DNA of 64,000 bases from an uncultured bacterium (GCA_964356135.1 CAYHGV010000001.1:8179-72178), one strand, 5' to 3'. Counted from the stretch's first letter, positions 45,152 through 55,344 are shown. Numbers and translations: made by a program. The notes: generated by a model from the letters alone, not told the origin.

Positions 45152-45552
45152 TTTTCCTCCATGTTTTTGCTCATTTTGGTTATTGCCCATTAAGTGCGGT
45201 GTTCCCCTGAGACCTTCCTTTGAATCCTCTGTTTGGGACAAACCATCATCACCGATACTTGTTCTGTAACCCATATAATTCCTTGCCTTACGACAAATTA
45301 AGCCGTAAAGCGGTTTTGCCAAGCACAATATTTGGTAGGTTTTTCAATGGCTTTTTTATAACTTCCTGGTTATAGACGGCTACCTCAACCTCAACCGGTA
45401 AGTCTTTTTACGGAATATTTGACATAGTGCGAATCGAGCCCTAGATTAGAGCGCAGGACGTCAAATAGATTACCTACAATTTAATGAGAAAATTCTCAGG
45501 AACTTTTTCCGAGTTGTGGCTTCAGCGCAATCTTAAATCTGTCAATTAAATT

Positions 45553-45757
45553 TTAAGCAATCTGTACTACTGATGCTGAAACAAGACAATTGCCGGAAAT
45601 ATCGTAGGTCTTCAAGGAAACCGTCGTCGCAGTCGGAGGCTGATACTCGAGGGTGGTCGTCGTGAAGAACGGATTGGGCGCGATTCCGTTAATGCCAAAG
45701 GTAAAAAAGGGGACCGCCTGGATAAACTCCACGCGGCCCCCGGAATTTAAAAATTCG
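45553..45757 (-). pseudogene. Orphan, truncated T9SS C-terminal-domain fragment, out of frame and downstream of the 1066-aa gene.
   Basis: The translation ...APNPFFTTTTLEYQPPTATTVSLKTYDISGNCL matches the start of a T9SS sorting domain, but it ends after about 45 aa and there is no upstream body in frame. Confidence 0.4.
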
Positions 45758-48700
45758 TCAGCGAATAAGAGTGAACTTTCTTGTGGCAGTATAGTGCGAC
45801 GTCTCCATCCGAACGAAGTAAATGCCCATTGCCACCGCTTGCCCCTTGTCATCAATACCACTCCAGGTGATGGTTCTATAACCCGGGTCGTGATTGATTC
45901 CCTCCTCCAAAGTTCGAACCTGTTTACCGGTGATGTCATAAATCCCGAGCCGCACCACGGTTCGATGAGGCAACCCATAGCGAATCTCAACCGTGCCCGG
46001 GCTTGGGTTAGACTGAAGCAAAGTCATAGAGAAACTTTTCGGGACCTCGTCGCTCTGCTCCTCTACGCCCACAGCAGTCAACCAGACCGACTTCGAATCG
46101 TTCGCCGAAGCTGTATCGCCACTCCACTGAGTTGTGACGGTCATCTGGAATAACCCCCGACCGGATACAGTCCAATTTGGAAAAGAAATCTTCTGAGTTG
46201 TATCAGCACCGAGTGTAGCTACTGAAACAGTGTCGTCATAAACCGATGTTACGCCTTTGACAATTTTACACGTAACATCGAAACTGACTGGGGAGGTACC
46301 GTAGTTTTTAACCGTTGCTTGTGGAATATAACTACGGTTAACCTGGACTGGTGAAGTGGGGACGTCAATCGAAACAACCCCCACATCGCCTTTATTGTCT
46401 ACCGCAACGACATCCCATGATAGTTGGTCATCACTCGCGTCCTGGTCATTGGGCAGTGAAGTCCAGGCGGTGATGATATAGGTCGTGCCTGCCGGCGGCT
46501 CGACCGTCCACGTTTCGAAGCTCTGGCTTTTCACTTCGCTTCCGTTCAATCCAGCACAGTCCTCGCTCACGAGGTAGATGACCGTGCTGCCGTCTTCTAT
46601 CTTCAACGAACACGGAAAACTTTCGGTCGCACCCGGTGTCATATTAGTCAATTCGACTGTCGGCGTATAGTCATTGCCGACAACGACTGTGTCCAGGGGC
46701 TCAAGCGGATTTGTAACCGCAACCCCGCCCGTCGTATAGTAAGTTTTCGCCTGCCAATTATTACTCGGGTCGACATCGTTGGTGATGGTCGTGTAGACCG
46801 AATCACGATAGATGACACCGATGCGCTTAAATGTTGTCCACGGAGAAAAAGTAACTTCCCGGCTTTCGCCTGGAGCGAGGTTTTTGACGAGAGTTGGAAA
46901 CCTATGCACGGACACGCTGTTAGTATCGACCTGCCAAATTAGAGTAAAACTCTGGGGAGTCGTGCCGAGATTCACAACAGTCGCCTTCGGGTCATACTTA
47001 TAACCGGTCCAGAGGGTATCCTTGGTGGGATTAGTGATAGCGGTCACGGCGATATCGATCGGTGGAGCCGCCCCAGTAAAGCGCAGTACCCAGAGTCCAG
47101 CATGCCCGGCCGCGAGGTAGATTAAGGTATCCTGCACCACATCAATCCCCCAAGCATGATCGGTTGTTATATAAAAACCGGCGCCGAGAAACGAACCCGG
47201 TGTCGTGACATCAAAAACAAACAATCCATTGTATGCTGCCAGGTAAGCATAATCTCCCGCGACAATAACATCATGAGCAGGGCCGGTGCCTTCACTCCCG
47301 ACATCCGAAGGGCTCGCTGGATTAGAGACATCGAAGCAATGGATGCCGGTCGCTCCTCCATAGTCCGCGATATACGCGTAGTTGCCACTAACCCAGACCC
47401 CTTGCGCATCATCTAATCCGCTGCCTGAGCCCACCAGCGTCGGACTCGCCGGGTTAGCCATATTTAGAATCTCGAGTCCGCCGGTGCCGTCCGCGACATA
47501 GAGCAGCGTATCCCGGCAAAACAGCCCGGATGCCTGACCGGGCGTGTCATAAAAACCAATTTCGGTGAATGGCGCCCGGTAATCAATCACCCGTACGCCG
47601 TTATCGCCTGCCGCCACAATCATGAGCGAGTCATTGTAGTGAATTACATCGTTTGCCCGACCCGCCGTTACCAGACGACCCAATTCCAGTGGCACCCCTG
47701 GGATGGTAATATTGTAAGTCGCAACCCCGGAATCTCCATCCGCGGCAAAGAGCGTATCTAAGTAGGTATTGACACCAGTGAGGTCACCCGGGGTATTCGA
47801 ATAACTATAGATAGGCAGGTTTACCGGGTCCGAGCCATCAAATATAACCAAACCGTAAACCCCGTCCGCCAAGCACGCCAAGGGTGGCGAAAAAGCGGTT
47901 TCGACTGTAACATCCCTGGCAATATCCGGTGTTACATGGACTCCTACTTGAACAGGATAACCAGGGTTCGACATGACATCGAAAATTCGCAGCCCCCCTT
48001 CTTCGGCTGCGACATAACCATAATTGGCATCAGCCCACACCCGGTCTGCACTCCCGACCGTCGCAACGGTAGAAACCACCGAAGGATTGGAGGGATTCGA
48101 TACATTGACCGTAACCAGCCCGGCCGTTCCATCGGCGACATAGGCAAGTGAGCCGACTACATAGATATCGTTCACCCCTGCGGTCAGGGTAGTACGCCCT
48201 ACCCGAGTGGGTGCGGTCGGGTCGGAAATATTGATAACATCGAAAGTCTGGGAACCAAATGGCACATACCCACCAGTGTAAGCATAATTACCCGAAACAA
48301 AAATACAAGAGCTGTTATCACTATAAGTCCCGACTTTAGTGGGAGCTGCTGGGTTTGAGATGTCAAAAATAACGAGACTGGTGGGACCTGCCACATAGAC
48401 ATAATTACTCTGGACAGCAACCCCGATTGCTTCGACGGGCTCGGTTGTCGAAGCGACCTCGGTCGGGTTCGTAGGGTCCGAAATATCGACGACCCGGAGA
48501 TGGCCAGACTTATCGGCAATATACGCGTAGTTGCCGGCGATATCAATTCCTACTGCTTCCCCCGGTGTATCGAGTCCCCCAAGCACCACCGGATTCGACG
48601 GCGTTGAGATATCGTAAATAACAATCCCATTCAATCCGTCAGCCAAAAAGGCAGTATTGCCAACGACCTTGAGGTCATATATCACACCCGATGTTGGCGA

Positions 48701-48958
48701 TTGCCCGGTTAGCGTCGGGCTCGCTGGATTGGATACATTGACCGCCTGAAATCCACCCCAGGCTCCAGTATAGGCATAACCGTTGGCTGCCCAGACTGAA
48801 CGACAAGGGCCGTAAGACCATCGACCAATCGAATAGACATTCAAGGAATCCGCGCCGACGGTCCAGAAGAGCGCCGAGGAGAAAACCATACCCACCATTA
48901 ACGCCATCTCTCCCCAACTCTTTTTTATAATATTATTTTTCTTCATTCGATCGATCAT
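45758..48958 (-). CDS. Large secreted T9SS cargo protein with N-terminal LVIVD beta-propeller repeats, CARDB-like domains and a T9SS C-terminal sorting domain.
   Basis: The protein is 1066 aa. It carries repeated blocks of the form YAY(I/V)AD..GL.I(F/V)DISNP..P. The C-terminal ...GIYFVRMETSHYTATRKFTLIR is the sorting domain. Confidence 0.7.
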   Translation of the reverse strand: MIDRMKKNNIIKKSWGEMALMVGMVFSSALFWTVGADSLNVYSIGRWSYGPCRSVWAANGYAYTGAWGGFQAVNVSNPASPTLTGQSPTSGVIYDLKVVGNTAFLADGLNGIVIYDISTPSNPVVLGGLDTPGEAVGIDIAGNYAYIADKSGHLRVVDISDPTNPTEVASTTEPVEAIGVAVQSNYVYVAGPTSLVIFDISNPAAPTKVGTYSDNSSCIFVSGNYAYTGGYVPFGSQTFDVINISDPTAPTRVGRTTLTAGVNDIYVVGSLAYVADGTAGLVTVNVSNPSNPSVVSTVATVGSADRVWADANYGYVAAEEGGLRIFDVMSNPGYPVQVGVHVTPDIARDVTVETAFSPPLACLADGVYGLVIFDGSDPVNLPIYSYSNTPGDLTGVNTYLDTLFAADGDSGVATYNITIPGVPLELGRLVTAGRANDVIHYNDSLMIVAAGDNGVRVIDYRAPFTEIGFYDTPGQASGLFCRDTLLYVADGTGGLEILNMANPASPTLVGSGSGLDDAQGVWVSGNYAYIADYGGATGIHCFDVSNPASPSDVGSEGTGPAHDVIVAGDYAYLAAYNGLFVFDVTTPGSFLGAGFYITTDHAWGIDVVQDTLIYLAAGHAGLWVLRFTGAAPPIDIAVTAITNPTKDTLWTGYKYDPKATVVNLGTTPQSFTLIWQVDTNSVSVHRFPTLVKNLAPGESREVTFSPWTTFKRIGVIYRDSVYTTITNDVDPSNNWQAKTYYTTGGVAVTNPLEPLDTVVVGNDYTPTVELTNMTPGATESFPCSLKIEDGSTVIYLVSEDCAGLNGSEVKSQSFETWTVEPPAGTTYIITAWTSLPNDQDASDDQLSWDVVAVDNKGDVGVVSIDVPTSPVQVNRSYIPQATVKNYGTSPVSFDVTCKIVKGVTSVYDDTVSVATLGADTTQKISFPNWTVSGRGLFQMTVTTQWSGDTASANDSKSVWLTAVGVEEQSDEVPKSFSMTLLQSNPSPGTVEIRYGLPHRTVVRLGIYDITGKQVRTLEEGINHDPGYRTITWSGIDDKGQAVAMGIYFVRMETSHYTATRKFTLIR

Positions 48959-49141
48959 TTAATTCAACTCGGCTTGCCATAAAACCATTATTGTCAAATT
49001 AAACAAAGTTAACTTTTTGTCAAGGTGCAAAATGTGCGGTGTCCAAGACATACTATACACTTTATGAGATTTGGGTATTCATAATATGTCAGAAAAGCCT
49101 TACAATTGGCACGGGTTGGCTAATCCAGGAGGTGAAACACC

Positions 49142-49387
49142 GTGCAGTGTGGAACCCGTATCAGTTATAAGCAGCTCCGAAAGATCAATCCCGAGGCGGC
49201 CCGGCTGGCAGTCAGGGAGTACCTCAGGACCAATGGTCATAACATCGCACACACGGCTCGGGCCTTCGGCATTACCCGGCCGGTCATCTATGATATCATC
49301 AGGAAAGAGCACGAAGGCAATTACGAGATCGCTCCAGCGTTCCCCATCACCAACCCCGCAAGACATACAACCTTTCAAGCAAATTAG
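49142..49387 (+). mobile_element. Remnant of an IS481-family transposase N-terminal helix-turn-helix domain (81 codons, no catalytic domain).
   Basis: Compared by eye with IS481 transposase N-terminal HTH domains: KINPEAARLAVREYLRTNGHNIAHTARAFGITRPVIYDIIRKEHEG resembles ARLTP.GR..LV.R....G.SV..AA..FGVS..TVYKW. It lies between two paralogous minus-strand genes. Confidence 0.4.
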
Positions 49388-49402
49388 CAATCAGAAATTC
49401 AA

Positions 49403-50392
49403 CTACTGCAAAACTATAACCTTCTTCACGCTCCTTAACTTTCCGGCAGTAAGGTTGATAAAATAGACCCCTTGAGCATAACCGGTCAGATTTAGTTGCA
49501 GATGATAATCACCACGCTCCTGCACATTAGCCACCAACCTCTTGATTTCACTTCCGCTTATATCGTAGACGCTTAATGAAACCTCGCTCCTTACAGGTAT
49601 TTGATAACTGATTGTCGTTGTCGTGGAGATTGGATTTTGACCGAGACGCAGATTTGGACTCTCTAATGTGAGATTTGAATTTTCCTCAACGCCTGTTTCA
49701 GGGCCTAACCGGATGAGATAAACATCCCGATCACCTGCTCCGAAAGACTCGGTATAGCCTGCAATGATATAACCCCCATCACTGGTCTGGGCCACTGAAC
49801 GGCCCCCATCATTATCACTCCCGCCGTAGGTTTTTGTCCAGAGCGTGTCGCCATTGGTATCGGTCCTGATGATATAAACATCAACATCCCCTGCCCCGAA
49901 AGAACCGGTCTCGCCAGCGATGATATAGCCGCCATCATCAGTCTGCACCACAGACCAGCCATATTCATCGCCCTCACCGCCATAGGTTTTTGTCCAGACG
50001 GAATCGCCATTGCCATCGGTCTTGATGAGATAAACATTTCCGTTATTTTCTACGTAAGGCCGAGTCCGACCAGCAATGATATAGCCTCCATCACTTGTCT
50101 CGACCATTGAGTATGCCTTATCTATATAACTACCACCATAGATTTTTGTCCAGCACATGTCTCCAAGGCTATCGGTCTTGATTAGATAAATATCACTACC
50201 CTCTGCCCCGTAAGATGTATAACCTGCGATGATATAGCTGCCATCTGCGGTTACTTCCACTGTATACCCCATATCATTTGCGCTACCTCCGTAGGTTCTT
50301 GTCCAGAGCGTGTCCGGTGGTTGAGCAGGGGCCATGTTCGATAATAGCACCACTGCCAATACCACTAACCCTAATATTTTTATTCTCGTCAT
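49403..50392 (-). CDS. Secreted beta-propeller-repeat protein with a T9SS C-terminal sorting domain (5 repeats). It is a paralogue of 44471..45151.
   Basis: Signal peptide MTRIKILGLVVLAVVLL; five repeats; a sorting domain that is nearly identical at the nucleotide level to that of the 44471 gene (about 85 nt around 49403-49490 against 44471-44560). Confidence 0.7.
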   Translation of the reverse strand: MTRIKILGLVVLAVVLLSNMAPAQPPDTLWTRTYGGSANDMGYTVEVTADGSYIIAGYTSYGAEGSDIYLIKTDSLGDMCWTKIYGGSYIDKAYSMVETSDGGYIIAGRTRPYVENNGNVYLIKTDGNGDSVWTKTYGGEGDEYGWSVVQTDDGGYIIAGETGSFGAGDVDVYIIRTDTNGDTLWTKTYGGSDNDGGRSVAQTSDGGYIIAGYTESFGAGDRDVYLIRLGPETGVEENSNLTLESPNLRLGQNPISTTTTISYQIPVRSEVSLSVYDISGSEIKRLVANVQERGDYHLQLNLTGYAQGVYFINLTAGKLRSVKKVIVLQ

Positions 50393-50822
50393 TTTTTCCT
50401 CCCTTCCCTGCACATTTTGGGTCTTAAACATTGATTGTGGAGTTGCGTTGAGGTCGTCGCATAAATTCCCCACTTTCGATAATCCAATACTCCCTGTAGT
50501 TTTTCTGTAACCCATTTCGCTCCTTACGACAAAATAAGCTATAAAACGGTTGTGTCAAGTGCAAATTATTATCTTAATGGCTCGTCTGTTAATGAATGGT
50601 GGAGATTGACTTTGAGAACACAAAAATCAAAAAGTTATGAGTTCGTATAATCCCTCTTATCAGGACTGGATAAAATTCTTTCAATAGACCGCTCTGCTCC
50701 ATTCTCTATCCGGTCCAGGGCGTGGACATGGGTCGAGTGGTGGTCAATCGGATTTATTCGACTTTCCCGGCTATTGGTTTAACATTGACAAGGCCAGTAT
50801 TTTCAATGAGAATGTAATCACA

Positions 50823-51803
50823 ATGATTAAAATAATGGCAGGGTTGCTCTTGATACTATTGTTGATGCCGAATTGCAGCAAAAAAGAAGATATCGATTAC
50901 GAACAGGCGATGGTTGATTTTGTCGTCGGCATCGCCGATTCAGCACGTGCTCAAAATCTGGATTTCGGCATCTTCCCCCAGAATGGTTCGGCATTGGGAA
51001 GTCATCCTGAGTATTTGTCGGTCGTAACCGGCATCGGCCAGGAGGATGTATACTATGGCTACGATGGCGATGGTATCGCTACTCCGGCAGCGGTAACGGC
51101 TGAGCTTGAAACCAATCTCGATGTTTTTCACAACGCCGGGAAATTGGTGCTAACGATTGACTATCCTTTTCCGCCGGGTTCACACTTCCCGGTTTTTGAT
51201 GCGCCGACCCGGGCGAAAATCGATAGTGCCTATTCCCGGGCCGAGACCAAAGGGTATGTCTCTTACTGCACGGTTCGGGATTTGGATTATCTTGTGGTTA
51301 ATCCCGGCCATGAGCCTACCTCCAACATTCCTGCCGTCACTCAATGGGATGAAGTCAAAGAATTTGCCTACCAGCTACAACCGACCGAAGGGGTGAGCCG
51401 GCAGGCACACCTTGCCGCCTTAGCCCAGTCGAAATTCGATTTGATTGTTATCGATTATTCGTTCGATGGGTCGGATGAGCAGGCATATACGAACGGCGAG
51501 ATTGCCTCGCTGAAACAGAGTCTGGGTGGAAAGATTCTCGCTTATCTTTCGATTGGCGAAGCGGAGAATTATCGCTGGTTCTGGCAGGAGAGCTGGGATG
51601 AAAACCAGGACGGAAAACCGGATGCCGGCGCGCCGGACTGGCTTCGTAACCAGAATCCGGACTGGCCGGGTAATTATAAAGTGCAATACTGGGAGCCGGA
51701 ATGGCAGGCTATCATCTTTCAGTATCTTAATAAAATCATTGATGCCGGTTTTGACGGAGTCTATTTAGACCTGATTGATGCCTACGAATACTTCGCCCAA
51801 TAA
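50823..51803 (+). CDS. Lipoprotein of the GH114/TM1410-like TIM-barrel glycosidase family.
   Basis: Lipobox LMPNCSK. LAYLSIGEAENYRWFW and DGVYLDLIDAYEYF resemble the GH114 (PelA-like) family. Confidence 0.6.
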   Translation: MIKIMAGLLLILLLMPNCSKKEDIDYEQAMVDFVVGIADSARAQNLDFGIFPQNGSALGSHPEYLSVVTGIGQEDVYYGYDGDGIATPAAVTAELETNLDVFHNAGKLVLTIDYPFPPGSHFPVFDAPTRAKIDSAYSRAETKGYVSYCTVRDLDYLVVNPGHEPTSNIPAVTQWDEVKEFAYQLQPTEGVSRQAHLAALAQSKFDLIVIDYSFDGSDEQAYTNGEIASLKQSLGGKILAYLSIGEAENYRWFWQESWDENQDGKPDAGAPDWLRNQNPDWPGNYKVQYWEPEWQAIIFQYLNKIIDAGFDGVYLDLIDAYEYFAQ

Positions 51804-51968
51804 TAAGTTATTATACACAGAGAGATACAGAGGATTAAATTCTAAATCCCAAATTCTATACCCTAAACAATTTTTAAATCTCAATTTCTTAAATTCCAAA
51901 AGGGTTTGGATATTGATAATTTTTGATTTGTTTAGGATTTCGGATTTAGAAATTAGAATTTATTAAAG

Positions 51969-52766
51969 ATGTATTTAGTCGATTGCCACATCCATTCCCA
52001 GTTCTCCAAGGACTCGAAAATGTCGGCGGAAGAGGTCTGTGAAACGGCCAAACGGATTGGGATAAAAGAACTCTGTTTCCTGGAGCACCTGGATTTTGAC
52101 CCCAACGATGTCAGCTACGGTTATTACAATTACGAAAAGGCGATGGCGGAAACGGAACGGTTGAAGACCGTCTATAAAAATTCGTTAAAAATCTACGGCG
52201 GCGTGGAGGTGAGCTATCAAGAGGAATATTACGACCAGATCACAGATTATTTAAAAAATAAGGTTTTTGACCTGATCGTCGGGTCGGTTCATTTCGTTCA
52301 AAGAACGTTTCTTGCCGATTGGATTCCTGCAAGAGAATCCTCAAATCAGGAGAAACCTTATCTGCCCTATTTCCAGGAGTTAAAAAAGACGGCGGCGAGC
52401 GGAATCTTCGACGTTATCGGCCATTTCGATTACTTCCGGCGCTATTCGACAAACCCGGGTACGATCAAGCTCAACGATTATTACGGCGAGATTGCCGACA
52501 TTTTAGATGTTATGGTCGAAAACAATATCGGGCTTGAGGTCAACACCTCGGGCCTGCGCCATCCCAATCAGACGATTTTTCCGGAAGCGGAGGTTGTCAG
52601 AAAATTTAAAGAACGCGGCGGCACAATCGTGACGATCGGTTCAGATGCCCACCGTACCTCCCACCTCGGCATCGGTTTCACCCAGGCGTTTGCGCTGCTC
52701 AAACAGGCAGGCTTTAATTCAATCGCAGTCTTCGAGAGGCGAAATCCGAGATTTGTTAAGTTGTAA
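51969..52766 (+). CDS. PHP-family histidinol-phosphatase (HisK-type).
   Basis: DCHIHSQFSKDS N-terminal metal site, with GSVHF and GSDAHR motifs. Confidence 0.8.
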   Translation: MYLVDCHIHSQFSKDSKMSAEEVCETAKRIGIKELCFLEHLDFDPNDVSYGYYNYEKAMAETERLKTVYKNSLKIYGGVEVSYQEEYYDQITDYLKNKVFDLIVGSVHFVQRTFLADWIPARESSNQEKPYLPYFQELKKTAASGIFDVIGHFDYFRRYSTNPGTIKLNDYYGEIADILDVMVENNIGLEVNTSGLRHPNQTIFPEAEVVRKFKERGGTIVTIGSDAHRTSHLGIGFTQAFALLKQAGFNSIAVFERRNPRFVKL

Positions 52767-52779
52767 AAAAATAGAACCT

Positions 52780-52808
52780 TGACAACTATTTTCAAAATCG
52801 TTAAACTT
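52780..52808 (+). promoter_or_regulatory. Sigma70-like promoter (TTGACA, 17 nt, TAAACT) for the vapBC operon.
   Basis: Read directly; an AAGGAGG ribosome-binding site follows at 52826. Confidence 0.5.
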
Positions 52809-52838
52809 TTTTAATATTTGTAAAACTAAGGAGGAATT

Positions 52839-53093
52839 ATGGCAGTAGTCAAGGTATCATCTAAGGGTCAGGTCGTTATCCCAAAGGAACTCCGGAAAAA
52901 GTATGGAATAAAACCTGAGACCGAAGTCCTGATTTCGGACGTCAACGGAAAGATTGTTGTCGCTCCGTTGTTGGAAGACGCGGTCCGCCAGTCGAAAGGA
53001 GTTTTAAAAGGTGGAAGGTCTTTGACTAAGGCATTGCTTGCAGCAAGAAAATTAGAGCGCGAACAGGATGGGAAAAAGATACGTTATAGATAG
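52839..53093 (+). CDS. vapB: AbrB/MazE/SpoVT-type antitoxin.
   Basis: SKGQVVIPKELRKKYGIKP swapped-hairpin motif. It overlaps vapC by 26 nt. Confidence 0.8.
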   Translation: MAVVKVSSKGQVVIPKELRKKYGIKPETEVLISDVNGKIVVAPLLEDAVRQSKGVLKGGRSLTKALLAARKLEREQDGKKIRYR

Positions 53094-53460
53094 CTTTGCT
53101 TTGCTTGCCTATCTTCAAGGCGAAGCCGGAGCTGAGTTGGTGGAAAAAGTCCTTAAGGATAAAGATTGCGAGGTGTTCCTGTGCACTATCAATTTAGGCG
53201 AGGTCTATTATGTCATCGCTAAAGAGCGGGGTGAGGACGAGGCTGAAAAGGCGCTTCTGATTATCGAGCAGCTGCCCATAAGACAAGAGGATTCGACCAA
53301 AGAATTGACTTTGAAGGCGGCAAGGATTAAAGCGAAATTCCCAGTTGCGTATGCCGATGCGTTTGTAGCAGCAATGGCGCAAGAGAAGGGTGCTGTCATT
53401 CTTACCGGTGACCCGGATTTTGAGAAAATCGAAGGGATTAAAATTGAATGGCATAGGTGA
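53068..53460 (+). CDS. vapC: PIN-domain ribonuclease toxin.
   Basis: YVIDSFALLAYL (D4), E..., ADAFVAA and GDPDF acidic residues of the PIN fold. Confidence 0.85.
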   Translation: MGKRYVIDSFALLAYLQGEAGAELVEKVLKDKDCEVFLCTINLGEVYYVIAKERGEDEAEKALLIIEQLPIRQEDSTKELTLKAARIKAKFPVAYADAFVAAMAQEKGAVILTGDPDFEKIEGIKIEWHR

Positions 53461-53503
53461 CAGGCGCCAGTTGACAAATCGATAAAAACCGGTAGATTTA
53501 ATC

Positions 53504-54805
53504 ATGCAACGGATTTTAACATCCCAGGTTAAAGATTTCGTCGGTAAAGAGGTGTTCCTCCAGGGCTGGATTCATCAGATCCGCGCTCTGGGCAAGATGA
53601 CGTTTATCCTCCTGCGCGACCGTGCCGGCATCGCCCAGGGGATCGTGCTTGACCCGAATATCAAAACAGCGGATTTGGAACGGGAAACGGTGGTCGGCAT
53701 TCGGGGACTGGTAAAAGCCGAACAGCAGGCGCGGGGTGGGGTGGAAGTTGAAATTAAAGAGATTCAATCTATCTCCCGGCCGGTGGCACCGGTTCCGTTC
53801 GAGGTGAATCGGAGTCTGGAGAAACTAAATATCAAGCTCGACACGATTCTCAATCACCGTGCGTTCTCGCTGCGCCATCCTGAAATCGGTAAGGTTTTCA
53901 AAGTTCAGGCAGAGATTGTTAATGCCTTCCGGGAATACCTGCGCACGAACGGTTTTTTAGAAATCCACACCTCGAAGATTGTCGCAACCGGCACCGAAGG
54001 CGGGACCGCTCTCTTCCCGATTCAGTATTTTGACGAGAAGGCATACCTGGCGCAGAGTCCCCAATTCTACAAAGAGATGCTGGTCGGCGCCGGCTATGAG
54101 CGGGTGTTCGAAATCGGTTTCGTCTATCGGGCGGAAGACCATGCCACCGCCCGGCACATCAACGAGTATCTAAGCCTCGACTACGAAATGGGATTCATCG
54201 ATTCGGTCCAGGACGTGATTAAGATGGAAATCGGGTTTTTGAAATATCTATTTGAAGTGCTCAGACAAAACTGCGCGGATGAGCTTGCCCAATACAAGGT
54301 TACGCTGCCCGAGATAAAAACCGTTCCCCAGCTTACGATCAGCGAGGCAAAGGCGATCTTAAAAAAAGAGTTTAATAAAGAACTGGCGATGGATGATGAC
54401 CTCGACCCGGAAGGCGAGCGGCTGATCTGCGAATATTCGAAGAAGACCTTCGATTCCGATTTTATCTTTATTACCCACTATCCGACTGCGGTGCGGCCGT
54501 TTTATACGATGGCCGACCCGACCGACGGCAGGTTCACCCTGAGCTTCGACCTTTTATATAAAGGTCTGGAAGTGACGACCGGCAGCCAGCGTATCCATGA
54601 TTATGAGATGCTCGTGAATAATATTAAAAAAGCGGGATTGAATCCGGAGAATTTCGAATTCTATGTAGAGATTTTCCGGTATGGGATGCCGCCCCACGGC
54701 GGTCTGGCGATCGGCACCGAACGGTTGACCCAGCAGATTCTGGGATTAAAGAATGTCCGCGAGGCGAGCTTTTTCCCGCGCGACCGGTTTCGGCTGACAC
54801 CCTGA
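53504..54805 (+). CDS. aspS: Class IIb aspartyl- (or asparaginyl-) tRNA synthetase, short archaeal/non-discriminating type.
   Basis: N-terminal OB-fold domain, FRAEDHATARHINEYLSLDYEM (motif 2) and GMPPHGGLAIGTERL (motif 3). Confidence 0.85.
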   Translation: MQRILTSQVKDFVGKEVFLQGWIHQIRALGKMTFILLRDRAGIAQGIVLDPNIKTADLERETVVGIRGLVKAEQQARGGVEVEIKEIQSISRPVAPVPFEVNRSLEKLNIKLDTILNHRAFSLRHPEIGKVFKVQAEIVNAFREYLRTNGFLEIHTSKIVATGTEGGTALFPIQYFDEKAYLAQSPQFYKEMLVGAGYERVFEIGFVYRAEDHATARHINEYLSLDYEMGFIDSVQDVIKMEIGFLKYLFEVLRQNCADELAQYKVTLPEIKTVPQLTISEAKAILKKEFNKELAMDDDLDPEGERLICEYSKKTFDSDFIFITHYPTAVRPFYTMADPTDGRFTLSFDLLYKGLEVTTGSQRIHDYEMLVNNIKKAGLNPENFEFYVEIFRYGMPPHGGLAIGTERLTQQILGLKNVREASFFPRDRFRLTP

Positions 54806-54840
54806 GAACAACCATCATATTCGGACTACTCGTTCTACCG

Positions 54841-55215
54841 ATGGTATTTTCGAATTGCTGCCTGATTCCGGAGCCATCCTCTTGTATACTGGGTTGCTGT
54901 CTTACGAGCGGGGTTGGTATTGGGGGAACCAGCTACGGCTACGCCACCTGGTATGGCAGAGAGTTCAACGGCAGGAAAACCGCTTCCGGTGAAATCTACG
55001 ATATGCACGGATTGACCGCCGCCCACCGGACTTTGTCGTTTGGGTCCAAGGTAAAAGTCACCAATTTAGAGAACAATCGGAGCGTTACCGTGCGCATCAA
55101 CGACCGCGGTCCGGTGCCGAGAAAATACTGCATCGATTTATCCTACGGTGCGGCAAAGCAAATCGGCTTGGTCGAGCGGGGAGTGGTGAAAGTCCGACTG
55201 GAGATTCTGCCGTAG
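54841..55215 (+). CDS. rlpA: RlpA-like double-psi beta-barrel lytic-transglycosylase-domain protein.
   Basis: YATWYGREFNGRKTASGEIYDMHGLTAAHRTLSFGSKVKVTNLENNRSVTVRINDRGP matches the RlpA family. Confidence 0.75.
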   Translation: MVFSNCCLIPEPSSCILGCCLTSGVGIGGTSYGYATWYGREFNGRKTASGEIYDMHGLTAAHRTLSFGSKVKVTNLENNRSVTVRINDRGPVPRKYCIDLSYGAAKQIGLVERGVVKVRLEILP

Positions 55216-55344
55216 AGTAATGCCCGCTGAAAATCGGAGCGGGATCACAATCGGGCTCGCGAGATTTCATTGATAATTTATAGCCAATTAACCTATCTTG
55301 ACAGACAATTATTTCTCCCGTATAACTAAAACAAGGGGGTGTAT

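Noticed and set aside
45152-45328. Extended N-terminus (MCLAKPLYGLICRKARNYMG...) of the 44471 gene as called by the ORF track
   Set aside because: The signal peptide MKRIKILGLVVMVAV begins at 45151, and the upstream stretch matches the conserved promoter/5' UTR region shared with the paralogue at 50393-50560.
49071-49466. 131-aa plus-strand ORF overlapping the HTH remnant
   Set aside because: It is Ser/Pro-rich low-complexity sequence in a different frame from the recognisable IS481-like HTH. It is probably non-coding.
50530-50560. Bacteroidetes-type promoter (TTG-19-TAnnTTTG) upstream of the T9SS paralogue
   Set aside because: The same sequence also fits sigma70 TTGACA-16-TATTTT. Several other genes in the window have near-consensus sigma70 promoters, so a Bacteroidetes-specific sigma factor cannot be inferred.
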